Assembly (NCBI GenBank): GCA_039809245.1
Contig: JBDHUP010000001.1
Span: 100,137 to 164,136, forward strand
Length of the DNA stretch: 64,000 bases
Source of the DNA: Minisyncoccia bacterium
Lineage (GTDB): Bacteria; Patescibacteriota; Minisyncoccia; Phycocordibacterales; UBA9973
Direction of reading: 5' to 3'
Below the pieces are notes generated by a model that did not search any database, was not told where the DNA came from, and saw only the letters and a list, made by a program, of their open reading frames with translations. Of the stretch, positions 18,916-28,050 are shown one piece after another; position 1 is the first letter of the stretch; each line of letters begins with the position of its first letter. The translations under genes and the position numbers were made by a program.

Positions 18916-19590
18916 GTGGAATTAGGCCTTTCTTTTATTAAATCAATAACTAAATGGGTGCTTAACGTACTATTCCCTGATAAGTGCTTAGGGTGTCGTA
19001 TTAAAGGTGATATTCTATGTTTAAAATGTTCTTACAAGATAAGGAGAGCTGAAAGAGAAACAAAATCTGGTATTTTTGCAGCTTACGATTACAGAGACCC
19101 TATAATAAAGAAGGTCATCTGGAATTTGAAATACTATAAAAGAAAAGATCTTGGTGAAAAGCTTGGTAAAATGCTTTATGAGGCATTAATAGAAGAAGTC
19201 GCAGATATCGAAATTTTTACAAAAGGACAACCTATACTAGTACTACCTGTCCCCCTATCAAGAACCAGAAGGAAATTACGAGGTTATAATCAAGCAGAAA
19301 TAATAGCTGATGGATTCTGTAGTTTAGAGAAAGGTAATAAACTTCAATTAGCAAAAAAAGTTATAGCTAAAAAAATTGATACTCTACCTCAAGCCCGTAT
19401 AACAAACAGAGTAATAAGACTTAAAAATATTCATAATGCATTTCAGATTATTAATACAGATATCATAAAGGGCAGAACCATAATCATAATAGACGATGTG
19501 ACTACCACAGGTGGCACAATCTTAGAAATATCAAAACTACTAAAAAAACACGGGGCTAAAAAAGTAGTCGGTTTTGCGATTGCTCATTAA
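18916..19590 (+). CDS. comF: Competence protein ComF (ComFC-type phosphoribosyltransferase domain with N-terminal Zn-ribbon)
   Basis: CLGCRIKGDILCLKC zinc ribbon. C-terminal PRTase motif IIIDDVTTTGGT. Confidence 0.8.
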   Translation: MELGLSFIKSITKWVLNVLFPDKCLGCRIKGDILCLKCSYKIRRAERETKSGIFAAYDYRDPIIKKVIWNLKYYKRKDLGEKLGKMLYEALIEEVADIEIFTKGQPILVLPVPLSRTRRKLRGYNQAEIIADGFCSLEKGNKLQLAKKVIAKKIDTLPQARITNRVIRLKNIHNAFQIINTDIIKGRTIIIIDDVTTTGGTILEISKLLKKHGAKKVVGFAIAH

Positions 19591-20798
19591 TTATTCCAAA
19601 GGTCCCAAATCATACCAGCTATATTTCGTGGTTTTCCTTCTAAAGCATAATAATGTAAATCTATGAATGGCAGTGTATTACATTCTATTATTCCCCACCT
19701 CTGAGTACCTTGATCTTTTGTTGGATCTGGAATAATACAATCAAATCCAACAACCGAAAGTCCTACAACATTAGCTGCTTTTTCTAAGATTGGAATAAAG
19801 CTTGGATGTAGATCATCTATCATTTCTTTTGTTGTTCCTCCAAATAACCTTCCTATCCTATGAGATAGAGTGAGCAAGAATCCATCGGGTAAAATATCAT
19901 CGATTTTAAATCCAAATTTTGAAATGTGATTATATAATTCATCTCCTAAGCGTATAGCTTCAACTCTATCATTACGCAAAAAATCTTTCTCGTTTATTAA
20001 TTGTCTTATCGTTTTATTTCCATCACCAATCACAAACGGTGCTTGCCCTCTGTAAAAACCTGCTAATTTGCCCCCTACAACAGTTGCCCTACAAACATAT
20101 CCATACAAATTTTCTTCTACAACCAAGTGCGCAGATATTTGGCGTGCTATAGAAACTCCCTCTTTAAATTGTTCGAGTGTTTTTATATTAGTAATTGTAT
20201 GTCTAGCTCGAGAACCAATTTTTGGTTTTACTATAACAGGAGTTTTGAATTTTGAAAAAATACTACTCAAACTTTTGAATCTAATAAGGGGAATAAGTGC
20301 ATATTCAGGTACTGGTATGTCGTATTTTGACAATTCTTTCTTTAAAAGAATTTTATTATCCCAATCTTTTCTAAAGTCTAAAAACTCAGGTTGTATAGGT
20401 ATACTTTCAAAATAGATTGTTTTATTTTTTATTTTCGCTCTATACCAATCCAAGGGTTTCTTCCTTAAAATAATTTGGTCCATTTCTATTCCTCTTTTCC
20501 TTGCTTCATCCCATATTACACGAGATCTAAAAGAACTAGCTTTATCAATATCTGAAGAGAAACTTGCTAATCTAAAGACAATAAGTGCCTTAAAAAGAAA
20601 AGTAGGTATCCAACTTGCAAAATCTTTCAGAAACTTTGGTGCATAATTAGTAACTCTCACCATATGGGAATCACTAATTGATGACACGAAGTTTTCCACA
20701 AAAAAAACCTTGTGATTAACCTGAGCATCTCCACAGTAAGAGCATCTTCCGTTTTTTATAATAGTTGGTTCCAACATTGTACATTTAGTATTATACAC
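19587..20798 (-). CDS. ATP-grasp family ligase (cyanophycin-synthetase-like or RimK-like ATP-grasp domain)
   Basis: Central region reads VIVKPKIGSRARHT...YGYVCRATVVGGKLAGFY..., typical of the ATP-grasp fold. The first ATG is at 20777; the ORF track starts at GTG 20798. Confidence 0.5.
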   Translation of the reverse strand: MYNTKCTMLEPTIIKNGRCSYCGDAQVNHKVFFVENFVSSISDSHMVRVTNYAPKFLKDFASWIPTFLFKALIVFRLASFSSDIDKASSFRSRVIWDEARKRGIEMDQIILRKKPLDWYRAKIKNKTIYFESIPIQPEFLDFRKDWDNKILLKKELSKYDIPVPEYALIPLIRFKSLSSIFSKFKTPVIVKPKIGSRARHTITNIKTLEQFKEGVSIARQISAHLVVEENLYGYVCRATVVGGKLAGFYRGQAPFVIGDGNKTIRQLINEKDFLRNDRVEAIRLGDELYNHISKFGFKIDDILPDGFLLTLSHRIGRLFGGTTKEMIDDLHPSFIPILEKAANVVGLSVVGFDCIIPDPTKDQGTQRWGIIECNTLPFIDLHYYALEGKPRNIAGMIWDLWNN

Positions 20799-20944
20799 AA
20801 AGAGACAGCAATTGCTGTCTCTTTGTGGGCGAAATAAATCGCTTTTAATGGTCTCCTTTTACCATAAAAATAATTCATATTATTACGGTTAATAAACGAC
20901 CCATCTGCATATTGTATCACAGTAAAAATTTAATGTTAAATACT

Positions 20945-21457
20945 TTAAGTTATTTTATCTATGGTAATTTCTGATTCTGGAGCTGTCTGCATATCAGGTT
21001 TTAGGTGTGAAGTATATTTCTTTTTAACCATATATCCTTCCAGAAATTTTTCAAATTCATTTTTACGAGATTCTTCATCAACTTCAGTGAAGTGTGATAT
21101 TGGCTTACTCTCAGGAGTGTATTCATAATGACCACGTAATTCCCCGTCAGAAAATACTCTTATATGATACTGATGGTCAAAATCAACTAGCTTCCTCCAC
21201 GAAAGAACCTGACCGCTATCTACCCAAGCAATAAAATGATTACCAAAACCCCATTTAGTATGTAAATGATTTTCTAAATCTTTTAGTGTCTTACCAGGAG
21301 CAAGCCATCCTATGTGGAAATGTTGTCTTTTTTTATCATGCCAAACTATTCTCCATTCTATTAAATGTTTCTGCCACCAAGGGAATATTTTATATAAAGA
21401 ATGCCAAATGGCATTCTTTATCTTCTGGCTTCTTGTTAACTGTATCGTTTTCTTCAT
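20945..21457 (-). CDS. Hypothetical Trp/His-rich protein (170 aa)
   Basis: ORF with coding-like composition. No recognisable family. Confidence 0.35.
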   Translation of the reverse strand: MKKTIQLTRSQKIKNAIWHSLYKIFPWWQKHLIEWRIVWHDKKRQHFHIGWLAPGKTLKDLENHLHTKWGFGNHFIAWVDSGQVLSWRKLVDFDHQYHIRVFSDGELRGHYEYTPESKPISHFTEVDEESRKNEFEKFLEGYMVKKKYTSHLKPDMQTAPESEITIDKIT

Positions 21458-21498
21458 ATTATAGGCATATAATACAGTTTATTTACTATTTATCAAAT

Positions 21499-21651
21499 TT
21501 ATTTGGGCTGTATTAGGCTTTCTGCTTGCGCATCAACTGTATACGCGGTCACAAGGATTTCTAAACGTTTAGAAAAAAAGAAGAAAATACCGATATTTGC
21601 GATTATAATAAGAGATATTAGGACCCAGTATTTTCTAAATTTAAATGTCAT
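21499..21651 (-). CDS. Small single-TM protein (about 50 aa) immediately downstream of the DoxX-like gene
   Basis: Reads MTFKFRKYWVLISLIIIANIGIFFFF.... There is a 1-nt gap to the upstream gene. Confidence 0.25.
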   Translation of the reverse strand: MTFKFRKYWVLISLIIIANIGIFFFFSKRLEILVTAYTVDAQAESLIQPK

Positions 21652-21652
21652 A

Positions 21653-22099
21653 TTATTTTTTATATGGTACGGGGTGTAGATTTGCTGCAATACCAAAAGC
21701 TGCTGCGATTAATGCTAAATTTTTAATAATATACTGGCCCTCAAGTGTAGGTGTTAAGAATCCAGACCATGTCTCTCCTTTTAGTAAAAATAGTGGCATA
21801 AAAGTTGTGATCATATGCATAAGAAGTAGTGGAATAACAACTCTCTCTGCCCCCTTTATTAAGAATAACACACCTATCAACATTTCGAGTAACCCAAATA
21901 AAATAATAAATGCTGAGAAGGACATCCAGGGTATAGTGGTTTCAAAAAGTCTCTGTACGACACCACTTGCAGGTGAAAGACCTATAACCTTAAGAACCCC
22001 AAACCAGAAAAATATAACAAATAACCCAAAACGAGCAACAGGCACGGATATCTTTCTAAAAAAATGTATTACTTCTATATCAGTTTTTCTAAAGTTCAT
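21653..22099 (-). CDS. DoxX/DUF417-like small polytopic membrane protein
   Basis: Four predicted TM helices (FGLFVIFFWFGVLKV, FIILFGLLEMLIGVLFLI, etc.). Confidence 0.4.
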   Translation of the reverse strand: MNFRKTDIEVIHFFRKISVPVARFGLFVIFFWFGVLKVIGLSPASGVVQRLFETTIPWMSFSAFIILFGLLEMLIGVLFLIKGAERVVIPLLLMHMITTFMPLFLLKGETWSGFLTPTLEGQYIIKNLALIAAAFGIAANLHPVPYKK

Positions 22100-22113
22100 A
22101 CTTCGGTTAAGTT

Positions 22114-22398
22114 TTAATTTAAAGTTGAATTATTTATAGGTAGTTCTTTGGTTGAATTCTGTAATTTTTGAATCTCTTCTTTAGATAAAGGTTTACTATT
22201 TTTTGAAGTAAAATTGTATATTGATACAGCCATAAATATTACTATGATTACAAGTAATATGTTTGAGGCTTGTTTTTCAGTTTTTACTCGACCACCAGAG
22301 AGCTTCATAACCAAACTTACTGCCCATGACTTTTTAGGAGCGGAAGTTTGGACCTTAAAAGGTTTATATGTTTCAGCTTCAAATTCAATATTTTCCAT
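22114..22398 (-). CDS. Small membrane protein, paralog A (MENIEF...LVMKL...TM)
   Basis: Starts at the internal Met of ORF 22114..22458. Paralogous to the 22938..23201 protein. Confidence 0.45.
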   Translation of the reverse strand: MENIEFEAETYKPFKVQTSAPKKSWAVSLVMKLSGGRVKTEKQASNILLVIIVIFMAVSIYNFTSKNSKPLSKEEIQKLQNSTKELPINNSTLN

Positions 22399-22447
22399 AC
22401 ACTTATTATAACAGTAATTAAAATAATAATAAAATACAACTATGGGA

Positions 22448-22936
22448 TTAATTTCCATCTAAATAATTCAGATTTGGGTTCCCCCATCCATCATAAGTTG
22501 TATTAGAAGTAACTTCAAGACGCATCCCAAATATATAATCAGTATTATTACCAGTAAAAATGAATGAACTTGTTCCAGTTTTGCGATACCCTCTTGCATA
22601 ATAGTATGCATAACCGTTGTTATTTAAGGGATCATTCTTTATCTGTGGGATGTATGTAGGCACAATTCCAAGGGTATTTATTGGACTCAAAGCTCCAGAT
22701 CCCGTTGAATCACAAAGATCATCTCCTGAGCAAGTCGGGTAATAGTTATAAGTGTTTAAATATAACTCTAATGCTGTTTTAATCTGTCTTAAATCAGAAT
22801 ATCTAACCGCATCTCTGGCTTTTGACTTTGCAGTGCTAAGAGAAGCAAAAATAACACTAGACAAAATACTTATAATAGATATTACAACGAGTAGTTCTAT
22901 GAGGGTGAAGCCTTTTTGTGTATTTTTACTTCTCAT
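22448..22936 (-). CDS. Type IV pilin (second, unlinked pilin gene)
   Basis: QKGFTLIELLVVISIISILSSVIFASL class III signal. Cys pair in the C-terminal domain. Confidence 0.85.
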   Translation of the reverse strand: MRSKNTQKGFTLIELLVVISIISILSSVIFASLSTAKSKARDAVRYSDLRQIKTALELYLNTYNYYPTCSGDDLCDSTGSGALSPINTLGIVPTYIPQIKNDPLNNNGYAYYYARGYRKTGTSSFIFTGNNTDYIFGMRLEVTSNTTYDGWGNPNLNYLDGN

Positions 22937-22937
22937 A

Positions 22938-23201
22938 TTAATTACGATGTGATTGCATTTGCATTAAAATTGTATTTCTATCTAAAATAACAGGTTTTAG
23001 ATCAGTCTTTGAACTTCCTGGAAATATAAACAAGAACACAGATACGACAATCAGTGTAAATGATAGAACTAGTAATATATAGTTTGCTTTCATCGGATCT
23101 GAAATACCCAATTTCATTACAAGCCTAATCATAGTGGGCTGTCTTTCTTCTGTATATATTCTTTGAGGAGAAGCGTCATTATTAAATTCAATTCCTTCCA
23201 T
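22938..23201 (-). CDS. Small membrane protein, paralog B (MEGIEF...LVMKL...TM)
   Basis: Aligns with paralog A across the MExIEF, LVMKL and K.A..ILLV motifs plus the TM segment. It ends 2 nt before the pilin start. Confidence 0.45.
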   Translation of the reverse strand: MEGIEFNNDASPQRIYTEERQPTMIRLVMKLGISDPMKANYILLVLSFTLIVVSVFLFIFPGSSKTDLKPVILDRNTILMQMQSHRN

Positions 23202-23286
23202 ATTTAAATAGTATAACAAAACTTTAAAATAAGATATACAAATATAAAATAACTACTATTTTAATAGTAGTTATTTTTGTGAAAAT

Positions 23287-23445
23287 CTATATCCAGTGAG
23301 CTAGATATGCAATAAACAAACCGAGTGAGATAAGCCCTAGTATTGCATGAATCCTAAAAAGAATTGCAATAATTAAAACTGCAATTATTGATTTCATCCA
23401 ACCTAACACTAATATTGAGGCCCATAGTACCTGCAAGAATGCCAT
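23287..23445 (-). CDS. Candidate 52-aa two-TM micro-protein
   Basis: Reads MAFLQVLWASILVLGWMKSIIAVLIIAILFRIHAILGLISLGLFIAYLAHWI. It falls below the ORF-track size cutoff. Confidence 0.2.
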   Translation of the reverse strand: MAFLQVLWASILVLGWMKSIIAVLIIAILFRIHAILGLISLGLFIAYLAHWI

Positions 23446-23514
23446 ATAAGATTATTATATATTTAGTATAGTTAATAGTCAAAATTTCTAATACCAAAGT
23501 TTAGATGTTATAAT

Positions 23515-24150
23515 TTGTATACTAAAATCATATCAATGAACTTAACTGTACACATATTTCTACCGTATCTACTTCTCTATAAATATTGGGCTATATTCGG
23601 AATAACACTCATAGCAGCACTTGCTCTACCTATACCTCCAGGAGCACTTTTAATGGCTTCTGCCGCATTTGCTAGTCAAGGATATTTTTCCTTTCCTTTA
23701 GTTGTTATAGTTGGAATACTCGGTAATATCGCTGGTGATAATATTGGATATTGGATAGCCAGAAAATACGGTAAAAGGGTTTTATATAAAATGGGTTTTC
23801 GTAGAAAAATTGAATCTCAAAAATACAGAAACATAGAAACCCGTATTAAGCGACACCCAGGCGCTTTAATATTCTTTAGTAGATTCGAAGTTTTTTCAAA
23901 CTTAGCGGTTAACCTTATTTGTGGTTTAAGTAGATTAAATTATAGAAAATATTTATTTTTTGAAATAATTGGAGAAGCTCTACAGGTTTTTATATACTGC
24001 TCTATAGGTTACCTAGTTGGTGATAATTGGGTAACTATTAGTGGAATTATTACTAAATTCCTAATCTTTATAATTCTAGTAGCATCACTTTTGATAATAA
24101 TATATGGTAAAAAAATCTGGCGCTATATAACCAGAGATATTAAAAATTAA
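23515..24150 (+). CDS. dedA: DedA/SNARE-associated family membrane protein
   Basis: GILGNIAGDNIGYWIARKYGKR motif and the typical TM topology. Confidence 0.75.
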   Translation: MYTKIISMNLTVHIFLPYLLLYKYWAIFGITLIAALALPIPPGALLMASAAFASQGYFSFPLVVIVGILGNIAGDNIGYWIARKYGKRVLYKMGFRRKIESQKYRNIETRIKRHPGALIFFSRFEVFSNLAVNLICGLSRLNYRKYLFFEIIGEALQVFIYCSIGYLVGDNWVTISGIITKFLIFIILVASLLIIIYGKKIWRYITRDIKN

Positions 24151-24154
24151 TTTG

Positions 24155-24240
24155 CGGAGGCGGTGAGATTCGAACTCACGGTCCTTTAAAGGGACGACGG
24201 TTTAGTAAACCGTTGATTTAAACCACTCATCCACGCCTCC
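24155..24240 (-). tRNA. Type II (long variable arm) tRNA-Ser-like gene with anticodon loop TTACTAA (anticodon ACU, A34)
   Basis: Reverse complement is GGAGGCGTGGATGAGTGGTTTAAATCAACGGTTTACTAAACCGTCGTCCCTTTAAAGGACCGTGAGTTCGAATCTCACCGCCTCCG. 3-bp D-stem, discriminator G, long variable hairpin. Confidence 0.7.
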
Positions 24241-24362
24241 ATCGTTTCACTCAGTCGGCGTGTCTTCGTGTCCTCCCGGACCCTTCCCTCAAACGGTTCT
24301 CTGCACATCGCTTGTCGGCCTATCGACCGAACGGATGAAATATAAAGCAGTTTATATTTCAT

Positions 24363-24376
24363 ATCCACGCCTCCAT
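24363..24376 (-). repeat. 14-nt exact duplicate (ATGGAGGCGTGGAT on the minus strand) of the 5' end and leader of the tRNA-Ser-like gene, 134 nt upstream of it
   Basis: + strand atccacgcctccat occurs at 24229-24242 and 24363-24376. Confidence 0.6.
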
Positions 24377-24440
24377 ATTAGTGTTTGTCTAGCATAGCAA
24401 ATAGTCTGGTCTTTTTCCAGAGGTAAGGTAAACTAGGTAG

Positions 24441-25589
24441 ATGAACGACGATATATATAAAAAATCATTGGAACTCCATAGTAAACATCATGGTAAATTA
24501 GAAACGGTAAGTAAGATTAAATTAGACTCTAAGGAAGCTTTATCTCTTGCTTATAGTCCTGGAGTAGCGGAAGTTTCAAGAGAAATATTTCGTGATCCAT
24601 TTCTTGCTCGAGAATATACTCTTAAGAGAGACACAGTAGCTATAGTTAGTGACGGTTCAGCAATACTAGGTCTTGGTAATTTAGGAGCACTCGCTGCGAT
24701 TCCAGTGATGGAAGGTAAGGCTGCAATCTTTAAAGAGTTCGCGGGTTTAAATGCCTTCCCTATTTGTCTTGATACACAAGATACCGAAGAAATAATAAAA
24801 GCAGTAAAACAAATCGCTCCAGTTTTCGGAGGAATTAACTTAGAAGATATCTCTGGGCCAAAATGCTTCGAAATAGAATCAAGGTTAAGAAATGAATTAA
24901 CTATACCAGTAATGCACGATGATCAGTGGGGAGCAGCAACTGTTATACTTGCTGGAATTATTAATTCTCTAAAACTAAGCGGTAAATCAAAAGAAGGTGT
25001 TCGAGTAGTATTAAGTGGGATTGGAGCAGCAGGCGTAGCTACCGCTAGATTGCTTTTTATTTATGGAATAAAAAATATAATATTTTGTGACAGTAAAGGT
25101 ATTGTTTATCATGGACGCGAAGGTATAACAAAAGAGAAAAAAGAACTTCTTGATGGAAGTCTTATCGACGGTTGGCAAGGTTCTCTTCTAGATGCAATTA
25201 AGAACGCTGATATATTCATAGGATTATCAAAAGGTGGAACACTTACAAAAGATATGGTCTCATCTATGGCCGAGAAGCCTATAATATTTGCTCTTGCAAA
25301 TCCAACACCAGAAATTATGCCAGACGAAGCAAAGGAAGCAGGAGCTTACATTGTCGCCACTGGCCGCAGCGACTTTCCAAACCAAGTAAACAACTCATTA
25401 GTATTCCCTGGGGCATTTAAAGGGATGCTTGAGGCTAATATCCCTCAATTTAAAATAGATATGTTCTCTGGTATAGCAGAAGCTTTAGCGAACTATGTTA
25501 TAGACCTATCTACAGATAAAATACTGCCAACAATGTTCGATACTGGAGTTGTAGAAATAGTTTCTAAAACAATCCAAAAATATAAATAA
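24441..25589 (+). CDS. NAD(P)-dependent malic enzyme (short form)
   Basis: Signature regions AYSPGVAEVS..., VSDGSAILGLGNLG, and GIGAAGVA (NAD-binding). Confidence 0.85.
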   Translation: MNDDIYKKSLELHSKHHGKLETVSKIKLDSKEALSLAYSPGVAEVSREIFRDPFLAREYTLKRDTVAIVSDGSAILGLGNLGALAAIPVMEGKAAIFKEFAGLNAFPICLDTQDTEEIIKAVKQIAPVFGGINLEDISGPKCFEIESRLRNELTIPVMHDDQWGAATVILAGIINSLKLSGKSKEGVRVVLSGIGAAGVATARLLFIYGIKNIIFCDSKGIVYHGREGITKEKKELLDGSLIDGWQGSLLDAIKNADIFIGLSKGGTLTKDMVSSMAEKPIIFALANPTPEIMPDEAKEAGAYIVATGRSDFPNQVNNSLVFPGAFKGMLEANIPQFKIDMFSGIAEALANYVIDLSTDKILPTMFDTGVVEIVSKTIQKYK

Positions 25590-25630
25590 AACTTTTTGAG
25601 TAAAAGACTCAAATATGATAAGGTATCTAC

Positions 25631-25717
25631 GGAGACGTGTCAGAGTGGTCTAACGTACCTCCTTGCTAAGGAGGCAGGCTTTAATCGGCCTCGAGAGTTC
25701 GAATCTCTCCGTCTCCG
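25631..25717 (+). tRNA. tRNA-Ser (GCU), type II
   Basis: GGAGACGTGTCAGAGTGGTCTAACGTACCTCCTTGCTAAGGAGGCAGGCTTTAATCGGCCTCGAGAGTTCGAATCTCTCCGTCTCCG. Confidence 0.8.
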
Positions 25718-25727
25718 CACATAAAAA

Positions 25728-25759
25728 ATAAAAGCTTAGTGGGTAACTAAGCTTTTATT
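25728..25759. terminator. Bidirectional terminator hairpin between tRNA-Ser (+) and the arsR-like gene (-)
   Basis: ataaaagcttagt/actaagcttttat inverted repeat flanked by A/T runs. Confidence 0.6.
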
Positions 25760-26078
25760 TTTTATGTGCGAGTTTATGTAAAATGCGACAAGGTTCAACT
25801 ATACGAGGATCTATAATATTATAGTAACCATTTAAACCCTTACGATGAACAGTTACAAGTTTAGCATGGCGAAGCAAGGCTAAATGCTGAGAAACATTCG
25901 CTTTTGAAATACCTAGAGTTTTAACAAGGTCTTCAACTGGCATTTCTTGTTCACGTAATAGGTTTAATATTTCTAAACGTTTTGGATTAGAAAGAATCTT
26001 ATATATTTCAGCATTTCTCTGATATGCAATTCGTGGTAGAGGTTGTTTAATCTTCATAGTTTCTAAAGTATGCAACAA
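25755..26078 (-). CDS. ArsR/SmtB-family HTH transcriptional regulator
   Basis: ILSNPKRLEILNLL...VEDLVKTLGISKANVSQHLALLRHAKLV wHTH motif. Confidence 0.8.
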   Translation of the reverse strand: MLHTLETMKIKQPLPRIAYQRNAEIYKILSNPKRLEILNLLREQEMPVEDLVKTLGISKANVSQHLALLRHAKLVTVHRKGLNGYYNIIDPRIVEPCRILHKLAHKK

Positions 26079-26100
26079 TTAAACTTAAAAAGCAACCGAG

Positions 26101-28047
26101 CTATAACTTAATAAAATAAGATAAAATTATAACAATAAAAGCAAGTAAAGATGATAATGCAATAACATTATCTATATGGAAATTACTCGATATAGCAGCT
26201 GCTGGTAAATTCGCGAGCTCTGTGTTACCTATGCTTTTTTCTGGTTTATCTAAATTAACTGTATTTGATGATGCTAAATTTTTAGTATTTTTTGGTTTAT
26301 TTATTTTGGTTTCAATAATCGATTTATTTACTTCGACAGGAGTTTCAGTTAAATCGTTATTAACCTTTTCAATAGTTTCCACTTTGGGTTCTATAGCATT
26401 AGATGTTTCTTCTACTTTTTTAGATATTGTTGATTTTCCAACATGGTGAAAAACTAGGGGCCATGGCTTCTCAAGTGACCCTAAGATAGCATAGCTGGTA
26501 GCCCAAATTCTATTTGAGATTGATTCGTTTTCATCAAGTAAGCCGCTGTCTTGCATTTGGTTATTAGCTAAGTAATCAATTGTATTATTATTTACTGATA
26601 AACCTAAAGCACCTACGGACTGCAATACCCAACTAGTCGAGTAGACACTCCCCCAACCTCCAGTAACATTCTCTGTTGTCTTAATATATGAGCTAGCTAA
26701 ATCTAAAGATTGTGAAACATAAGTCAGAGATCGGAATTGAGATAATGCTTCAATGCTAGCAGCTGTCATATCAACACTTTCTTCCCAAGAACCATCTGCT
26801 TTTTGTTTTGAAATAATATATTGTAAATCTTTTAAAATTATAAGGTCATCAATTGTATAACCAGAGCCCTCAAGAACAATAATCGCAAATATATCATCAT
26901 TAATGAGCGAGTCATCACCAAATTGTGCACCATCAAATGCATTTACTATCGGTGAAATAAAATCCTTATCATTAAATGAATATGGATTTTCGTTTAAAGA
27001 AAGAAGTGCCATAGCATGACGTTCGTTATCTGTAATATTTTTACTAATACCATAATTTGATTTAAAATAACTTATAATTTTTTCTTTTACTTCGGTTTGG
27101 TTTGTAACCGAACCCAAAGCAATACCAGCCCAGTCAGTATACATTTCATTATTTTCAAAAGATCCATTATTATCTTGGTGTGAAATAATAAAATTAACTG
27201 CTCCTTGTAAATCAAAAATTTTTTTATTTATAGATCCACCTCCTCCCCCACCTTGGTTTGATATTTTCTCAACTATAAGCTCCTCAGTCGGGAAATAAAA
27301 ATCTTCTTTGACCCCGACATTATAAGTACCTGGTTCAATTTTTGTAAAAGTAGCTTGACCACTTTGATCTACCTTCTCTGTTTTTATTTCGATTGGATTC
27401 CAAGGATCATCGGGGTTATTTTGGGTTATACCTATTGTCACATCGTCCCTATCGAGCCATTGATTATTTTGATAATCATATTTATATGAAGTGACTGTTA
27501 AACTATCTTCGGTTGTTACTTTTTTTGAACTAAGAGAGATTTTATATTGTTGACCAAAATAAACATAGATATTTTCACCCCCAGATAATATACTTTTATC
27601 CATACCTACACTTCCGTACGCATTATCGACTGCAAATTGCCAATTGTCACATTGCTCAACCGACTTAGAAATATTGTTTATACATTTTATATACAGAGAA
27701 TCAAAAGATGTATAGTATTCTAAGTCTGAAATACTAAAATTTTGACTCTCTTCTGCTACTTTATTTATAACCGCAAGAATGCTTCTATTATCGACACTGT
27801 GTAAAACACCATCTTTATCGGTCAAATCTATATTTTTCTCTTCATCTAGAGTGACATCTCCAGAAAAAATAATATCTTCCCCATCTCTAATCGATAATTT
27901 TACAGTCTGTAAAATCACAGGTTCCTCTTCTGTTAAAGATATTTCAGGTGCGATAGTATCAATGGGTAGAACTTCGTCTTCAGCATGAATAACAAAAAAC
28001 GGTATGACTATAAGAAGAATGTATGTGAGGAGTTTAATTGGTTTCAT
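26101..28047 (-). CDS. Large secreted protein with prenyltransferase/squalene-cyclase-like alpha-alpha toroid repeats and a C-terminal membrane anchor
   Basis: N-terminal signal peptide. Repeats of Q..DG(S/G)W type (QDNNGSFE, QKADGSWEE, NVTGGWGS), a GGGGGGS linker, and a C-terminal hydrophobic segment. Confidence 0.45.
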   Translation of the reverse strand: MKPIKLLTYILLIVIPFFVIHAEDEVLPIDTIAPEISLTEEEPVILQTVKLSIRDGEDIIFSGDVTLDEEKNIDLTDKDGVLHSVDNRSILAVINKVAEESQNFSISDLEYYTSFDSLYIKCINNISKSVEQCDNWQFAVDNAYGSVGMDKSILSGGENIYVYFGQQYKISLSSKKVTTEDSLTVTSYKYDYQNNQWLDRDDVTIGITQNNPDDPWNPIEIKTEKVDQSGQATFTKIEPGTYNVGVKEDFYFPTEELIVEKISNQGGGGGGSINKKIFDLQGAVNFIISHQDNNGSFENNEMYTDWAGIALGSVTNQTEVKEKIISYFKSNYGISKNITDNERHAMALLSLNENPYSFNDKDFISPIVNAFDGAQFGDDSLINDDIFAIIVLEGSGYTIDDLIILKDLQYIISKQKADGSWEESVDMTAASIEALSQFRSLTYVSQSLDLASSYIKTTENVTGGWGSVYSTSWVLQSVGALGLSVNNNTIDYLANNQMQDSGLLDENESISNRIWATSYAILGSLEKPWPLVFHHVGKSTISKKVEETSNAIEPKVETIEKVNNDLTETPVEVNKSIIETKINKPKNTKNLASSNTVNLDKPEKSIGNTELANLPAAAISSNFHIDNVIALSSLLAFIVIILSYFIKL

Positions 28048-28050
28048 ATA

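Noticed and set aside
21645-22139. 164-aa + strand ORF overlapping the minus-strand DoxX-like membrane protein
   Set aside because: It is low-complexity and antisense. The minus-strand frame gives a coherent four-TM membrane protein.
24243-24362. Possibility that the structured spacer upstream of the tRNA-Ser-like gene is SRP (4.5S) RNA
   Set aside because: It contains GGGTCCGGGAGGAC but not the conserved helix-8 GGAA/AGCAGC motif. No confident ncRNA family could be assigned.
24186-24368. 60-aa minus-strand ORF overlapping the tRNA-Ser-like gene and its leader
   Set aside because: It lies entirely within a tRNA and a structured RNA leader. The ORF is an artefact.
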